Part shown: positions 35,241 through 44,557 of the stretch, piece after piece
How the letters are laid out: the number at the start of each line of letters is the position of its first letter
How positions within the stretch are numbered: position 1 is the first letter of the stretch
Assembly (NCBI GenBank): GCA_963726265.1
Contig: CAVSBQ010000002.1
Coordinates: forward strand, 1,030,533 to 1,094,532
Length of the DNA: 64,000 nt
DNA from: Candidatus Aenigmatarchaeota archaeon
Lineage (GTDB): Archaea; Aenigmatarchaeota; Aenigmatarchaeia; QMZP01; QMZT01
Direction: 5' to 3'
The notes under the pieces: model-generated
Seen by the model: only the letters and a program-made list of their open reading frames with translations
Databases searched by the model: none
What the model was told of the DNA's origin: nothing
Made by a program: the position numbers and the translations under genes

Positions 35241-37649
35241 TCAATCGTCCACGTAGTTCGTGTCTTCCTTCCTGCTCTTCTTCCTCTCCATGCCTTTGGA
35301 CCTGAACTCGTCGATTATCTTCTCGTAATACCTGAGCATCTCCGGCGTTATCGAAGGGCTCGAATTCCTCAGCGCCTCGTCGAAGTGCTTCTTCGTGACG
35401 CGGTATTTATCCCCGTCGCCCTTTGCTTTCGCCTTCGCGTTTCTGGAATCATTCGCAGTTTTCCCGGGCTTTTTTTCTCCCTCGCTGGCCATGATTTCCC
35501 TTATCGCGTTTATGCCGGCCTCCCTGCACAAAGCTTCGATGTCGGCGCCGGAGTAGCCTTCCGTCGCCTTCGCGAGCTTCTTCAGGTCCACGTCCTTCAG
35601 CGGCATCCGCTTCGTGTGTATTTTGAAGACCTCGAGCCTCGCCTTATCGTCCGGCGCGGGCACCAGCACCTGCCTGTCAAACCTCCCTGGTCTCAGCAGC
35701 GCCGGGTCGAGTATGTCGGGCCTGTTCGTTGCGCCTATCACGACGACGTTGTGCATCTCCTCGACTCCTGACATCTGGGTCAGGATCTGGGACACCACGT
35801 TCTCCATCACCCTGTTGCCGACGTCAAGGCCTCTTCTGGGGACGAGCGCGTCCATCTCGTCGAAGAATATCACGCTCGGCGCGACCTGCTTCGCCTTCTT
35901 GAAAATCTCGCGTATGTGCTTCTCGCTCTCGCCGACCCATTTGCTCAGGACTTCCGGTCCGCGGACTGAGATGAAATTAGCCCCGCTCTCGGAAGCGACG
36001 GCTTTCGCGAGCAGCGTCTTTCCAGTTCCGGGCGGCCCGTAAAGCAAAATCCCCCTTGGCGGCGATATGCCCATCTTGGTGAAGACTTCCGGGTTCTTCA
36101 GCGGCCACTCGGTTATTTCTTTCAGCGACTGCTTCACGCCATCGAGGCCACCTATGTCGTTCCATTTTATGGTCGGGATCTCTATCATAACCTCGCGCAT
36201 GCCCGACGGTTCGACCATCTTCAGCGCGTTCTCGAAATCCTTCCTGTTGACCTTAAGCTTCTTCAGGACTTCCTGCGGGATTTCCTCCTCCTCCTTCTTC
36301 CACGTTAGCTCAGGAAGATTACGCTTCAGTGCGGACATCGCGGCTTCTTTCGCGAGCGCCTCGAGGTCCGCGCCGACGAAGCCGTATGTTATGCTCGAAA
36401 GCCAGTTCAGGTCGACATCCGGCTCGAGGGGCATGTTCCTCACGTGTATCTGCAGTATTTCCCTGCGCCCTCTCGTATCGGGAACGCCCAGCTCTATCTC
36501 GCGGTCGAACCTGCCCGGCCTCCTCAGCGCGGGGTCAAGCGAATTCGGCATGTTCGTCGCGGCGATGACGATGACCTTTCCCCTCGCCTTCAGCCCGTCC
36601 ATGAGCGCGAGCAATTGCGAAACCGTCCGCTTCTCGACCTCGCCCGTGACCTCTTCTCGTTTCGGCGCGATCGCGTCTATCTCGTCTATGAATATTATGG
36701 ACGGCGCGGACTTCTCGGCTTCCTCGAAAATCTTGCGCAAATTCTCTTCCGTCTGGCCATACCATTTGGACATTATTTCCGGCCCCGCAATCGAATAGAA
36801 GCTCGCCCCGGACTCATTTGCCACGGCCTTCGCGAGCAGCGTCTTTCCAGTCCCGGGCGGCCCGTAGAGCAGAACGCCCTTCGGCGGATCTATGCCCAGG
36901 CGGGTAAAAAGCTCGGGATGGCGCAGCGGCAGCTCTATCATCTCCCTTATCTTCTCTATCGTGCCGTGCAGGCCGCCGATATCCTCGTAGGTGATGGTCG
37001 GGCCCTTCCCTGCCGTCTCTATGTCGACCGCTTCCTTCCTGAGCTCTATCTGCGTCGCCGGCGTGATCTTGACTATGCCTTCGGGCTGCGTCGCGACGAC
37101 CGCCAGCCGCGTCTCGCTCTGCATGGGTATGAACGAGAAATTCTCGATGCCTATGCCGAAGTTCCTCAGCAGGTCGAACGGGTCCATGTCGTCCCCGAAA
37201 GGACTCGCGCTGCGCCTCGTTCTTGACACGGGCGACGGCGATATAACGTCGCCTTTGCTGACCGGCCTGCCGGCAAGGTTCTGCCTCAGGAGGTCGGCAA
37301 CGCCCTGCGAGACCTCGAGCATCTCGTCCTTCTGTGCGGGCGCTATCACGATTTTTTTCGCGTCCTTGACGTCGGCCTTCACTATCTTTACCGTCTCGCC
37401 CACGCCGACGCCTATGTTCGTTCTGGTTATGCCGTCCATCCTGGCCACGCTGAGCCCGATGTCCGACGGGTAGGCGCGCACGGCGATCGCGCCCGTCTTC
37501 TTCTGGCCGCCGAGCTCTATGACGTCGCCTTCCCTTATGCCCAGCTCGCCCATGGTTTTCGCGTCTATCCTGACAATGCCGATGCCAAACTCGCCGCGGT
37601 CGGTCAGTTCGCCGACCTTGAGCGCCACGTCCTTTTCCTTACCTGCCAT
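35241..37649 (-). CDS. cdc48: CDC48/VCP-family AAA+ ATPase (VAT)
   Basis: Double-psi-barrel N-domain; two GPPGTGKT Walker A motifs; IFIDEID and IFFDEMD Walker B; RPGRFDR. Confidence 0.97.
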   Translation of the reverse strand: MAGKEKDVALKVGELTDRGEFGIGIVRIDAKTMGELGIREGDVIELGGQKKTGAIAVRAYPSDIGLSVARMDGITRTNIGVGVGETVKIVKADVKDAKKIVIAPAQKDEMLEVSQGVADLLRQNLAGRPVSKGDVISPSPVSRTRRSASPFGDDMDPFDLLRNFGIGIENFSFIPMQSETRLAVVATQPEGIVKITPATQIELRKEAVDIETAGKGPTITYEDIGGLHGTIEKIREMIELPLRHPELFTRLGIDPPKGVLLYGPPGTGKTLLAKAVANESGASFYSIAGPEIMSKWYGQTEENLRKIFEEAEKSAPSIIFIDEIDAIAPKREEVTGEVEKRTVSQLLALMDGLKARGKVIVIAATNMPNSLDPALRRPGRFDREIELGVPDTRGRREILQIHVRNMPLEPDVDLNWLSSITYGFVGADLEALAKEAAMSALKRNLPELTWKKEEEEIPQEVLKKLKVNRKDFENALKMVEPSGMREVMIEIPTIKWNDIGGLDGVKQSLKEITEWPLKNPEVFTKMGISPPRGILLYGPPGTGKTLLAKAVASESGANFISVRGPEVLSKWVGESEKHIREIFKKAKQVAPSVIFFDEMDALVPRRGLDVGNRVMENVVSQILTQMSGVEEMHNVVVIGATNRPDILDPALLRPGRFDRQVLVPAPDDKARLEVFKIHTKRMPLKDVDLKKLAKATEGYSGADIEALCREAGINAIREIMASEGEKKPGKTANDSRNAKAKAKGDGDKYRVTKKHFDEALRNSSPSITPEMLRYYEKIIDEFRSKGMERKKSRKEDTNYVDD

Positions 37650-37920
37650 AAAAATCACCCTCCATCAAAACGTTTTCATGCGGAACGCCTGCCGGTTCCA
37701 ATGCATCATGATTTCCCGTATTATGCCCCGGATAATAGTTACCCGGCGCGATATTAATTTCTTTCATCGTTTCCACGGCCCCTTCCAGTTCCCTGTTGCA
37801 AAAATCGCCCAGCTTCTTCTGGCCGCCTGGCAGCTTCTCCCCGGGCCCGAGCGGGAACGGCCTCTTCGGCCTTTCCATCCCTCCGTCCATCTGCACCTGC
37901 TGTCCCTTGAATATTATCAT
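37639..37920 (-). CDS. Hypothetical 93-aa protein between the regulator and cdc48
   Basis: RBS-like GAGGCGGG before ATG; overlaps the cdc48 start; no family recognised. Confidence 0.45.
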   Translation of the reverse strand: MIIFKGQQVQMDGGMERPKRPFPLGPGEKLPGGQKKLGDFCNRELEGAVETMKEINIAPGNYYPGHNTGNHDALEPAGVPHENVLMEGDFYGR

Positions 37921-37930
37921 GTTCCCGCCT

Positions 37931-38182
37931 CTACTCCTGCACTCCCTGCACCCGTTTTTCGCGCTTCCTTATCCTTATGATGATAGAATGGCTCGTCTTG
38001 ATGACCTCGATCTCCGGTTCCCTGCGCACCATCTGTATCATCTCGACATAGCGCCTCACCGTGACGTTGTGGATGCCCGTCCTCTCGGAGATGGCGTTAA
38101 GGCTGAACGCTTCATCCCTCTGCTTTTCCAGGAGATTCAGTATCTCCCTCATTATCTCAAGCGGGTCGCGCTTCATCGCCAT
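37931..38182 (-). CDS. Small winged-helix transcription regulator
   Basis: EILNLLE..FSLNAISERTGIHNVTVRRYVEMI HTH pattern; GGTG RBS. Confidence 0.8.
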   Translation of the reverse strand: MAMKRDPLEIMREILNLLEKQRDEAFSLNAISERTGIHNVTVRRYVEMIQMVRREPEIEVIKTSHSIIIRIRKREKRVQGVQE

Positions 38183-38252
38183 AACACCTTTCTTCAAATC
38201 CGATGAGGTTTTGAATTCGTTTACGAGATGCTTGCAGTGGTTTAGCTCTCTT

Positions 38253-38295
38253 CAGTATTATAACACATACATCTCCAGTATCATAACACATACAT
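38253..38295 (-). promoter_or_regulatory. Tandem 20-bp direct repeat (23-bp period), putative operator of the wHTH-cdc48 operon
   Basis: CAGTATTATAACACATACAT / CAGTATCATAACACATACAT, lying between a TATA-like element (about 38321-38332, minus strand) and the start codon. Confidence 0.6.
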
Positions 38296-38356
38296 TTTGA
38301 TGCTACTATTTGATACCACAATATATAAACCTTTACATTAAGAAGTATTTAAAGAT

Positions 38357-38410
38357 TTCGTTCGTTCCGGTTCCGTTGTTCCGTTCGGTTCGTTCGTCCC
38401 TCTCCGTCCG
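38357..38410. repeat. Degenerate TTCG/TTCCG low-complexity tract
   Basis: ttcgttcgttccggttccgttgttccgttcggttcgttcg. Confidence 0.6.
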
Positions 38411-38794
38411 TCAGTTCCTGTGCGGCTTCATATGACAATATGGTTTGAGTGATCCTTGGGTGTGCGGGTGTTCTTGTCTGAAAAAAGCATCAATTTTTCC
38501 GAGAACTTCTGCCAACTCACTTTCTGTGGGCTCTCTCTCGAATTCCAATACCGCTGTATAATCATGATGATTATATAATTTACCAGCGAAATCGGTCAGT
38601 TGTGGTTTTTTTTCACTCCTTTTTCCGTAATGAAAATCATCGCCATTGGATAAACTGATACTTGCAACGAATGGATATTGTAAAACCATTTCAAGCGTTT
38701 CGGCGAGCCTTTCAGCTGGTCTTAGGCCTATTATTCCCTCGTCTTTCAGGTGCAGAGTAAAAATACTGGTGTATATTGTTGCAGCAGATTTCAT
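38411..38794 (-). CDS. Hypothetical protein (AT-rich orphan)
   Basis: 127-aa ORF. Confidence 0.6.
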   Translation of the reverse strand: MKSAATIYTSIFTLHLKDEGIIGLRPAERLAETLEMVLQYPFVASISLSNGDDFHYGKRSEKKPQLTDFAGKLYNHHDYTAVLEFEREPTESELAEVLGKIDAFFRQEHPHTQGSLKPYCHMKPHRN

Positions 38795-38848
38795 GGTTAA
38801 TAACTTCGCAGGAAGAATTTAAAAACGTTAAAAATCAGTTTCTAGTCA

Positions 38849-39472
38849 TCATTCTAAAACGTGCACCACTATCGGCACGTTGGGCCCGAAGTTCGTCGCG
38901 GTCTCTGTGCAGTCGGCGAAAGCGATTTCCTTGCAGGCGACGACGTTGAACATGTATACGCCGGCCGGCGTGCCGCCTGGGATGCGGATTTTGATGTCAT
39001 AGAGGCCGACGAACGTGTGGTTTATCTCTATCGGCGTTTCCTGCTGGTCGAGCATGAGCCTCATGCGGGAGAGAAGCGCATCGCAGGTCGTGAAGTGCAG
39101 GCACTGGTAAGCGGCCATCACGTCGAAGTCCGCGGCGGCAGGGAAGGCCCTCGCTATGAAGTTGTGCTTCTTCCCGTCCTCCTGCAGGTTATTGAAGACG
39201 ACGTCGAACGCGGCGGTGTCGTTGGGCCTTAGCCAGAACGTGTTCTCCCCGTATACCATGAAGCTGAAGTCCCCCTTTATGGTGACGTTGCCGCCGCCGA
39301 GATGGCTTGACCCGCTTTTATTATAATATTCATATGAAGTGTTCTCGTTCAGAGTGCGGCCGTCCCAGTCGCCTGCGGGCGTGGTCGTGCAGCCGCTCGC
39401 GAGGACGGCCAGAACTACCGTTACAAGCGCGATCACGCGCAGACGCATCCCAAGAGCCATGTTGATTAACAT
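38849..39472 (-). CDS. Putative lipoprotein / secreted Ig-like protein
   Basis: VLAVLASG-C lipobox-like motif. Confidence 0.75.
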   Translation of the reverse strand: MLINMALGMRLRVIALVTVVLAVLASGCTTTPAGDWDGRTLNENTSYEYYNKSGSSHLGGGNVTIKGDFSFMVYGENTFWLRPNDTAAFDVVFNNLQEDGKKHNFIARAFPAAADFDVMAAYQCLHFTTCDALLSRMRLMLDQQETPIEINHTFVGLYDIKIRIPGGTPAGVYMFNVVACKEIAFADCTETATNFGPNVPIVVHVLE

Positions 39473-39527
39473 TTCTCCGAGGACACATAAAAACCAGCCT
39501 GATTAACACTCACGTATTTTATGTTAT

Positions 39528-40121
39528 CTAGAAAATATAGGCTACAATGAAGCCCGCGATGGCGAGGGCAAGCGCGGCCAGCCACACCTTCCGGTTCCAC
39601 TGCATGACCTTCATGCCGTCCAGCGGCCCGAACGGTATGAGGTTGAAGATTGCGAGCCAGCCGTTTATCACCGCCATGAACGAGAAGAGTTCGACGCCGC
39701 TCGCGAAGTAAGCGGCCAGCGAGCAGTACATGACGGTTATGTTGAACACGGTCCCTGCGATGCCTATGAGGCCGATGTCCCTGATTCTCGGCGTCCTCAT
39801 TATCCAGTAGCTCGAGAAGACGACCGCGCCCGGCGCGGCGAAGACGAAGCCTCCGCCTGTGGCGATCGCGAGCAGGAGCGCGAGCAGCAGGCCCTGCGGC
39901 CACATCCTGTAGGCGGAATAGAAGCCCAGCTTCCTCGCGACGAAACGATGCGACAGCTCGTGGCCGACGAAGGCGATGCCGACTCCCATCAGCGAGTATA
40001 ATATGAAAAACGGATCCCCCAGAATTTCGGGATACGCGAAAACGAAGCCGAGAACCAGCAAAGAGATTGCAATGTCCCTTATTTCGATGAGGGTGAAATC
40101 GAATATGCTCGGCATGAACAT
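39528..40121 (-). CDS. Site-2 protease (M50) zinc metallopeptidase
   Basis: HELSH and NLIPFGPLDG motifs. Confidence 0.93.
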   Translation of the reverse strand: MFMPSIFDFTLIEIRDIAISLLVLGFVFAYPEILGDPFFILYSLMGVGIAFVGHELSHRFVARKLGFYSAYRMWPQGLLLALLLAIATGGGFVFAAPGAVVFSSYWIMRTPRIRDIGLIGIAGTVFNITVMYCSLAAYFASGVELFSFMAVINGWLAIFNLIPFGPLDGMKVMQWNRKVWLAALALAIAGFIVAYIF

Positions 40122-40307
40122 CACGCATCGCTGTTTACCATTATCCTAATGGCGTCTTCCTGTATTTAACCCTTTTTCTGTATTTGGCCCTGTATTTCTT
40201 TTTTTTCTTTCCCTCGAAGAATTCGAGCCTTTCGACGTTCGGCATTCGCAACGCCCCCTAACATAAATGGGCGGGCTTTTTTAAATAATGAAATAAATTA
40301 GGATTGA

Positions 40308-41060
40308 ATGGCTGGAGAGTTGTTCGCATACGCTGTAATCGGAGTTTTCGCAGGCCTTGTTCTGCTGGTCCTGGGTCTCCTCTGGTTCAGGCAGAAGCAG
40401 CTGATAGAGAACACGCCGACATCGAAAGTGCGTTCGTTAGCGATGGGACTGGTGGAGATATTCGGGGAGGTCATTCCGGCAGAAAAGCGGATGCTGAAGA
40501 GCCCGTTCTCGGGAGAAGACTGCATCTATTACAACTACAGCGTCCAGGAGCTGCGCCAGCAGGGCAAAACCAGCACGTGGGTGACTGTGAGGAGCGGGGA
40601 GGACAGGACGAAGTTCTACCTCAGGGACGACACGGGCCAGGTGCTCGTGGACCCCGCGGGAGCGTCCATCGAGCTTTCCCCCGACTACGAATACGGCTCG
40701 GGCTGGGGCAGGGATCCGCCGCCGAACGTCATCGCGTTCCTTGACAGCCAGGGCATAGGGCACGCCAGTTTCTTGGGCATTAACAAGCAGATGCGCTTCG
40801 TCGAATACGACATCATGTCCGGCGACAAGCTCTACATAATGGGCACCGCGGGCGACAACCCCTACGTTGAAGAAGGGACGGCGAAGCAAAGCTACGAGGA
40901 CATCATGATACACAAGGGCAATAACGAGAAGTTTTACATGATTTCGGACAAGCCGGAGAAGGATCTGCTCTCGACGTTCCGCATAAAGGTGGCCGTGGGA
41001 ATCGTGGGAGGCATAGCCCTGGTCGCCGGCTGCCTGGCAATAATTTTTATAAACCCGTGA
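40308..41060 (+). CDS. GIDE-domain membrane protein
   Basis: TM-IENTPTSKVRSL..GLVEIFG...FYLRDDTGQVLVDP..E-TM architecture. Confidence 0.75.
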   Translation: MAGELFAYAVIGVFAGLVLLVLGLLWFRQKQLIENTPTSKVRSLAMGLVEIFGEVIPAEKRMLKSPFSGEDCIYYNYSVQELRQQGKTSTWVTVRSGEDRTKFYLRDDTGQVLVDPAGASIELSPDYEYGSGWGRDPPPNVIAFLDSQGIGHASFLGINKQMRFVEYDIMSGDKLYIMGTAGDNPYVEEGTAKQSYEDIMIHKGNNEKFYMISDKPEKDLLSTFRIKVAVGIVGGIALVAGCLAIIFINP

Positions 41061-41092
41061 TTGTTATAATCCTCTAAGGAATGGTGGTGAGT

Positions 41093-41662
41093 ATGGCTTT
41101 CGAATTGGGTTTCATAATCATGGTGGTGCTGGGCCTTGTTGCCCTAGTCATAGTTGTGTATGTGGTTTCCGTTTTCAACGGGTTGGTCAGGCTGAAGAAC
41201 AACATCAAGAAATCATTCTCGAACATAGAAGTCTTATTGAAGCAGAGGATCGACGAGCTGCCGAAGCTTATCGAGTCTGTTAAAGGCTACATGAAGCACG
41301 AGCGCGAGACGCTCACGCAGCTGACGAGGGCCAGGACAGAATTCATGAACGCCAAGACGCTGCCCGAGAAGGCGAAGGCCGACGGCATCATATCAGGCGC
41401 GCTTAAGACTATATTCGCGGTCGCCGAGAACTACCCCAACCTGAAGGCGAACGAGAACTTCATCCAGCTGCAGGGCAGGATAAGCGGCATCGAGAACGAG
41501 CTCGCCGACCGACGCGAATTCTACAACGATTCCGTCACGACCTACAACATCCGCATACAATCGATTCCGGACAGGTTCGTCGCCGGCATGCTGGGCTACA
41601 CGCCCGAGGAGCTCTTCAAGGCGACGGAAGCCGAGAAGCGCGACGTGGAAGTGAAGTTCTGA
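41093..41662 (+). CDS. lemA: LemA family protein
   Basis: FNGLVRLKN, LKQRIDELPKL, AENYPNLKANENF and RREFYNDSV motifs. Confidence 0.95.
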   Translation: MAFELGFIIMVVLGLVALVIVVYVVSVFNGLVRLKNNIKKSFSNIEVLLKQRIDELPKLIESVKGYMKHERETLTQLTRARTEFMNAKTLPEKAKADGIISGALKTIFAVAENYPNLKANENFIQLQGRISGIENELADRREFYNDSVTTYNIRIQSIPDRFVAGMLGYTPEELFKATEAEKRDVEVKF

Positions 41663-41676
41663 ATTGGCAGAAGGCA

Positions 41677-41952
41677 TCAAATTATTTTTATTTTGCGCCA
41701 ATGGCCAAATAACAGAGGTTTGGGAAATTCAAGCTCCAGTGAACTCAGTTCATAGTTGCTCCCCACAGCGCCGGTGCTTCCAGGCGGCAATGTTGCGGTA
41801 TTTTCAAAGACCAGATGCCATTTGTAGCCCTTTGGTGTTTCTATGATTCCGGTTGCCTTTCCAGCGAGGGGATCCATATGCACATCGTACATACAAGATC
41901 TGAGCCAATTTGAGACATACCCCATACAATCACCTCTGAACCCGGATATCAA
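41677..41952 (-). CDS. Hypothetical protein (orphan)
   Basis: ORF with a GAGGTGA RBS before the internal Met (MGYVSNW). Confidence 0.5.
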   Translation of the reverse strand: MISGFRGDCMGYVSNWLRSCMYDVHMDPLAGKATGIIETPKGYKWHLVFENTATLPPGSTGAVGSNYELSSLELEFPKPLLFGHWRKIKII

Positions 41953-42010
41953 TACTTCTCTGGAAATTTTAAAAATACATACTTTCCCAAGGTTTTGTTT
42001 GAAACCAGCA

Positions 42011-42038
42011 ATTTTCGGCCGCGGCCGAACAAAAACGG
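42011..42038 (+). promoter_or_regulatory. Copy 1 of ATTTTCGG-N5-GCCGAACAAAAACGG, just upstream of the TATA of the beta-propeller gene
   Basis: 23 fixed positions identical to the copy at 46830. Confidence 0.6.
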
Positions 42039-42072
42039 AAGACTATTTAATATGGCCCGCCAAGAATAGGAC

Positions 42073-44340
42073 ATGAAAGGCAAAACGTCCCATGGCCCGG
42101 AAAATTCCAGAAATTCTAGGAATTTCAAAAAGGGTTTCGCCCCCTTAGCTGTGTTTTTTGTTTTAGCTCTAGTTGCGGGCGGCTTCGTTTCCTATTACGC
42201 CTACCAGGCCAACCCGCAGCCGGCCGATAATCTGCAGAAGTTCGGCTCGTGCAGCGCGCTTTCCGGCGCGCTGAGGGAGACGCTGCAGAAGGCGAACACA
42301 TATTACACGATGCAGGGGGTGCAGGGCGGCGCGGTCAGGACCTTCGGAGGCGTTGGCGCCCCGATGGTGATGGCCGAAAGCGCGTCCAAAGACAGCGCAG
42401 GCGCCGAAACGAACGGCGCCACGGGCGTGACGTATTCCGAGACCAACGTCCAGGTCGAAGGCGTCGACGAAGCGGACATAGTGAAGACGGACGGCTCTTA
42501 TATTTACACGGTCAGCAGCGCGAACGCGAACATATATAGATACGCGTATTTCCGCGAGGACTTATACACGGGAGGAAACAGCACGCTGATAATAGCGAAG
42601 GCTTACCCTTCCGAGGAAGCTGCGATTGTCAGCGAGACAGACCTTGGGGATTTCTACCCGCAGGAGATGTTCATAAACGGCAATTACGTTCTGATTTTCG
42701 GCTCGACCAGCAAGCAGGTTCCTTATGAAAATTCAGGGCAGGAGCCTGTGCTTTACGAAGGCGTGGCCGGTTCGGGAACGCCGTCATCCGAAGGCCAGAC
42801 CGCACCGGACAGCGGCGCGTCGGAGAAGATGATAGTGCCGCCATATTACCAGCCATACCGCTACATTTCGCTGGCGACGGTAAGGATTTACGACATGGCA
42901 GACAAAGCGTCCCCGCAGCTTGTGCGCTCCGTAGATTTCGAGGGCAGCTACCTGTCCTCGAGAAAAATCGGTTCCTATGTTTATTTCATCGTCAACTCCT
43001 ACCCCGACTATTATGCCGTGCAGGCAAGCACGGGTTCGGGCGGAATCCCTGAAATCACGGATGCTGCCGTGCAGGAAATGCTGCCCGAGTTCAGGGACAG
43101 GAAAATAGGCGAAATCAGCGAGGACACGAACCTGACCACGGCGTGCGGCTGTGACGAAGTCGCGTACTTCGAGCCCGTCAACCCGCAGAACTTCATAATC
43201 ATCGCTTCCATATCGATGGCCGACCCGCAGGCCGAGGTCACGAAAGAGGTCGTAATGGGCTCCGGCCAGAACGTTTACGCGTCGCTTTCGAGCCTTTACA
43301 TCGCCGAGACCAGCTACCCGTTCTGGATGCCTTATGACGAGGCGAATCCCACGCAGCCGACCGAGAAAACGCTCATACACAAGTTCAGCCTGGACAACGG
43401 CAAAATCACACACGTCGGCTACATGGAGGCGCCGGGTCACATCCTCAACCAGTTCTCCATGGACGAATATGACAATCATTTCAGGATTGCGACCACAGTC
43501 GGCCAGACATGGTCGCCAACCGGGCAGGGAAGCCAGAGCAGGAACAGCGTTTACATTTTTGCGGACGACCTCACCATGAGCGGCAAGCTAGAGGACATCG
43601 CTCCTGGCGAGTCGATTTACTCCGCGAGGTTCATGGGCGGACGAGGTTATCTGGTCACTTTCAAGAAGATAGACCCGTTCTTCGTGCTCGACCTCTCCGA
43701 CCACACGAACCCGAGGATACTCGGCAAGCTCAAGATACCAGGTTATTCCGATTACCTCCACCCGTATGACGAGAACCACATCATAGGCATAGGCAAGGAG
43801 GCGTTCGACGCCGAATCGCAGGAGGGGATGCCAAGCGATTTCGCGTGGTACCAGGGAGTTAAAATCGCGCTCTTCGACGTCACGGACGTCGCGAACCCGG
43901 TGGAGATGCACAAGGTCGTTATAGGCGACCGCGGCACGGATTCGTATGCGCTCCAGGACCACAAGGCCTTCCTGTTCGACAGGGAGAAGAACCTGCTGGT
44001 CGTGCCGATACTCCTGGCGGAACTGACCGATGAGCAGAAGAACGAAAAGCCTGACTGGGGGATGCCATACGGAGAATACACATACCAGGGAGCGTATGTC
44101 TACGATCTTTCGCTGGAGAACGGCTTCGTGCTCAAGGGGCGCATCACCCATTACGAGGCGGATGACCAGACCTTCATGAAGAGCGGCTATTACTACTTCG
44201 GCGACGAGTACTCCGTAAAGCGAAGCCTCTACATAGACAGCATCCTTTACACCGTCTCAGGCATGAAGATAAAACTGAACTCGCTGGACAATTTATCTGA
44301 AATCAAGCAGCTGGTATTCTCCTCCAAGCCGGCAGGTTAA
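42073..44340 (+). CDS. Secreted beta-propeller domain protein (COG4880/Beta_propel-like)
   Basis: YSETNVQVEGVDEADIVKTDG, LNQFSMDEY, GESIYSARF, VTFKKIDPFF and GKLKIPGYSDYLHP motifs. Confidence 0.92.
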   Translation: MKGKTSHGPENSRNSRNFKKGFAPLAVFFVLALVAGGFVSYYAYQANPQPADNLQKFGSCSALSGALRETLQKANTYYTMQGVQGGAVRTFGGVGAPMVMAESASKDSAGAETNGATGVTYSETNVQVEGVDEADIVKTDGSYIYTVSSANANIYRYAYFREDLYTGGNSTLIIAKAYPSEEAAIVSETDLGDFYPQEMFINGNYVLIFGSTSKQVPYENSGQEPVLYEGVAGSGTPSSEGQTAPDSGASEKMIVPPYYQPYRYISLATVRIYDMADKASPQLVRSVDFEGSYLSSRKIGSYVYFIVNSYPDYYAVQASTGSGGIPEITDAAVQEMLPEFRDRKIGEISEDTNLTTACGCDEVAYFEPVNPQNFIIIASISMADPQAEVTKEVVMGSGQNVYASLSSLYIAETSYPFWMPYDEANPTQPTEKTLIHKFSLDNGKITHVGYMEAPGHILNQFSMDEYDNHFRIATTVGQTWSPTGQGSQSRNSVYIFADDLTMSGKLEDIAPGESIYSARFMGGRGYLVTFKKIDPFFVLDLSDHTNPRILGKLKIPGYSDYLHPYDENHIIGIGKEAFDAESQEGMPSDFAWYQGVKIALFDVTDVANPVEMHKVVIGDRGTDSYALQDHKAFLFDREKNLLVVPILLAELTDEQKNEKPDWGMPYGEYTYQGAYVYDLSLENGFVLKGRITHYEADDQTFMKSGYYYFGDEYSVKRSLYIDSILYTVSGMKIKLNSLDNLSEIKQLVFSSKPAG

Positions 44341-44552
44341 GCCCGTTTGAGCAAACCCTTATTTTTCCACTTTTTTCCAAACCTGCCCACGTTCATGCTG
44401 ACCAGCCAGACCGCGACCAGCATTACCACGAAGAACGCGGGAGCGAACGGGCGAAACGTCTCGATGGTAGAGCCGAACCACAAAACCAGTATTACCGATA
44501 TCAGAAGCAGTATTATCATGACGTTCAGGTCGCGCTCTTTCTCGTAGTCCAT
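44337..44552 (-). CDS. Small two-TM membrane protein
   Basis: 71 aa, hydrophobic. Confidence 0.65.
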   Translation of the reverse strand: MDYEKERDLNVMIILLLISVILVLWFGSTIETFRPFAPAFFVVMLVAVWLVSMNVGRFGKKWKNKGLLKRA

Positions 44553-44557
44553 GCGAA

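Noticed and set aside
40144-40264. Three CTGTATTT repeats that could encode a Lys/Arg-rich KYR-repeat peptide on the minus strand
   Set aside because: The KYR frame is reached only by assuming a one-base error in the T8 run; as given it is a 32-aa ORF with no support.
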